A stretch of DNA of 64,000 bases, taken from Nemertoderma westbladi. Lineage: Eukaryota > Animalia > Xenacoelomorpha. Location of the stretch: NCBI GenBank assembly GCA_032718475.1, contig JAUCBJ010009074.1:1-64000 (forward strand). The letters run 5' to 3'. Below the pieces are notes generated by a model that was given only the letters and a program-made list of their open reading frames with translations, was not told the origin of the DNA and did not search any database. Position numbers and translations under genes: made by a program. This document shows, piece by piece, positions 63,966 to 64,000 of the stretch (position 1 is the first letter of the stretch; each line of letters opens with the position of its first letter).

Positions 63966-64000
63966 TTTCACTCTGTGTTGGAGATTGTATACAGAAACTC

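Larger units (their letters stand above)
44631..64000 (-). mobile_element. Decayed P-element-superfamily (THAP9-like transposase) DNA transposon with multiple nested insertions; right end probably just beyond the window
   Basis: Ordered THAP, HTH and catalytic P-transposase segments on the minus strand from ~63050 to 47514. Candidate terminus CATAGCGAGT at 44631; the window's last bases ...CAGAAACTC match the start of its inverted copy. Boundaries are less certain than the transposase itself. Confidence 0.7.

Overview
AT-rich eukaryotic (most likely invertebrate animal) heterochromatin-edge DNA with no intact host gene. Bases 1-33642 are a tandem satellite of a ~416-bp monomer (about 80 copies), arranged as a patchwork of higher-order blocks with a 100-N assembly gap at 21592-21691; all ORFs called there are spurious. 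Bases 33643-44630 are decayed sequence: an RTE-type endonuclease relic, a G2E3-like HECT pseudogene fragment, an unidentified degenerate intronless ORF, a relic transposon end and an F-box/LRR-like pseudogene. Bases 44631-64000 can be reconstructed as one old, intron-containing P-element-superfamily transposon (THAP + P transposase, minus strand). It has been inflated by successive insertions: a 5'-truncated RTE LINE (10-bp TSD), a 560-bp MITE (27-bp TIRs), a full-length two-ORF LINE (poly-A, 14-bp TSD, unusual repeat-encoded ORF2 N-terminus), a 5'-truncated CR1/L2-group LINE, and a 3.8-kb TIR element (TTAT TSD) that itself holds three RTE fragments and a 30-bp minisatellite. All family assignments come from motif recognition by eye; no searches were run.
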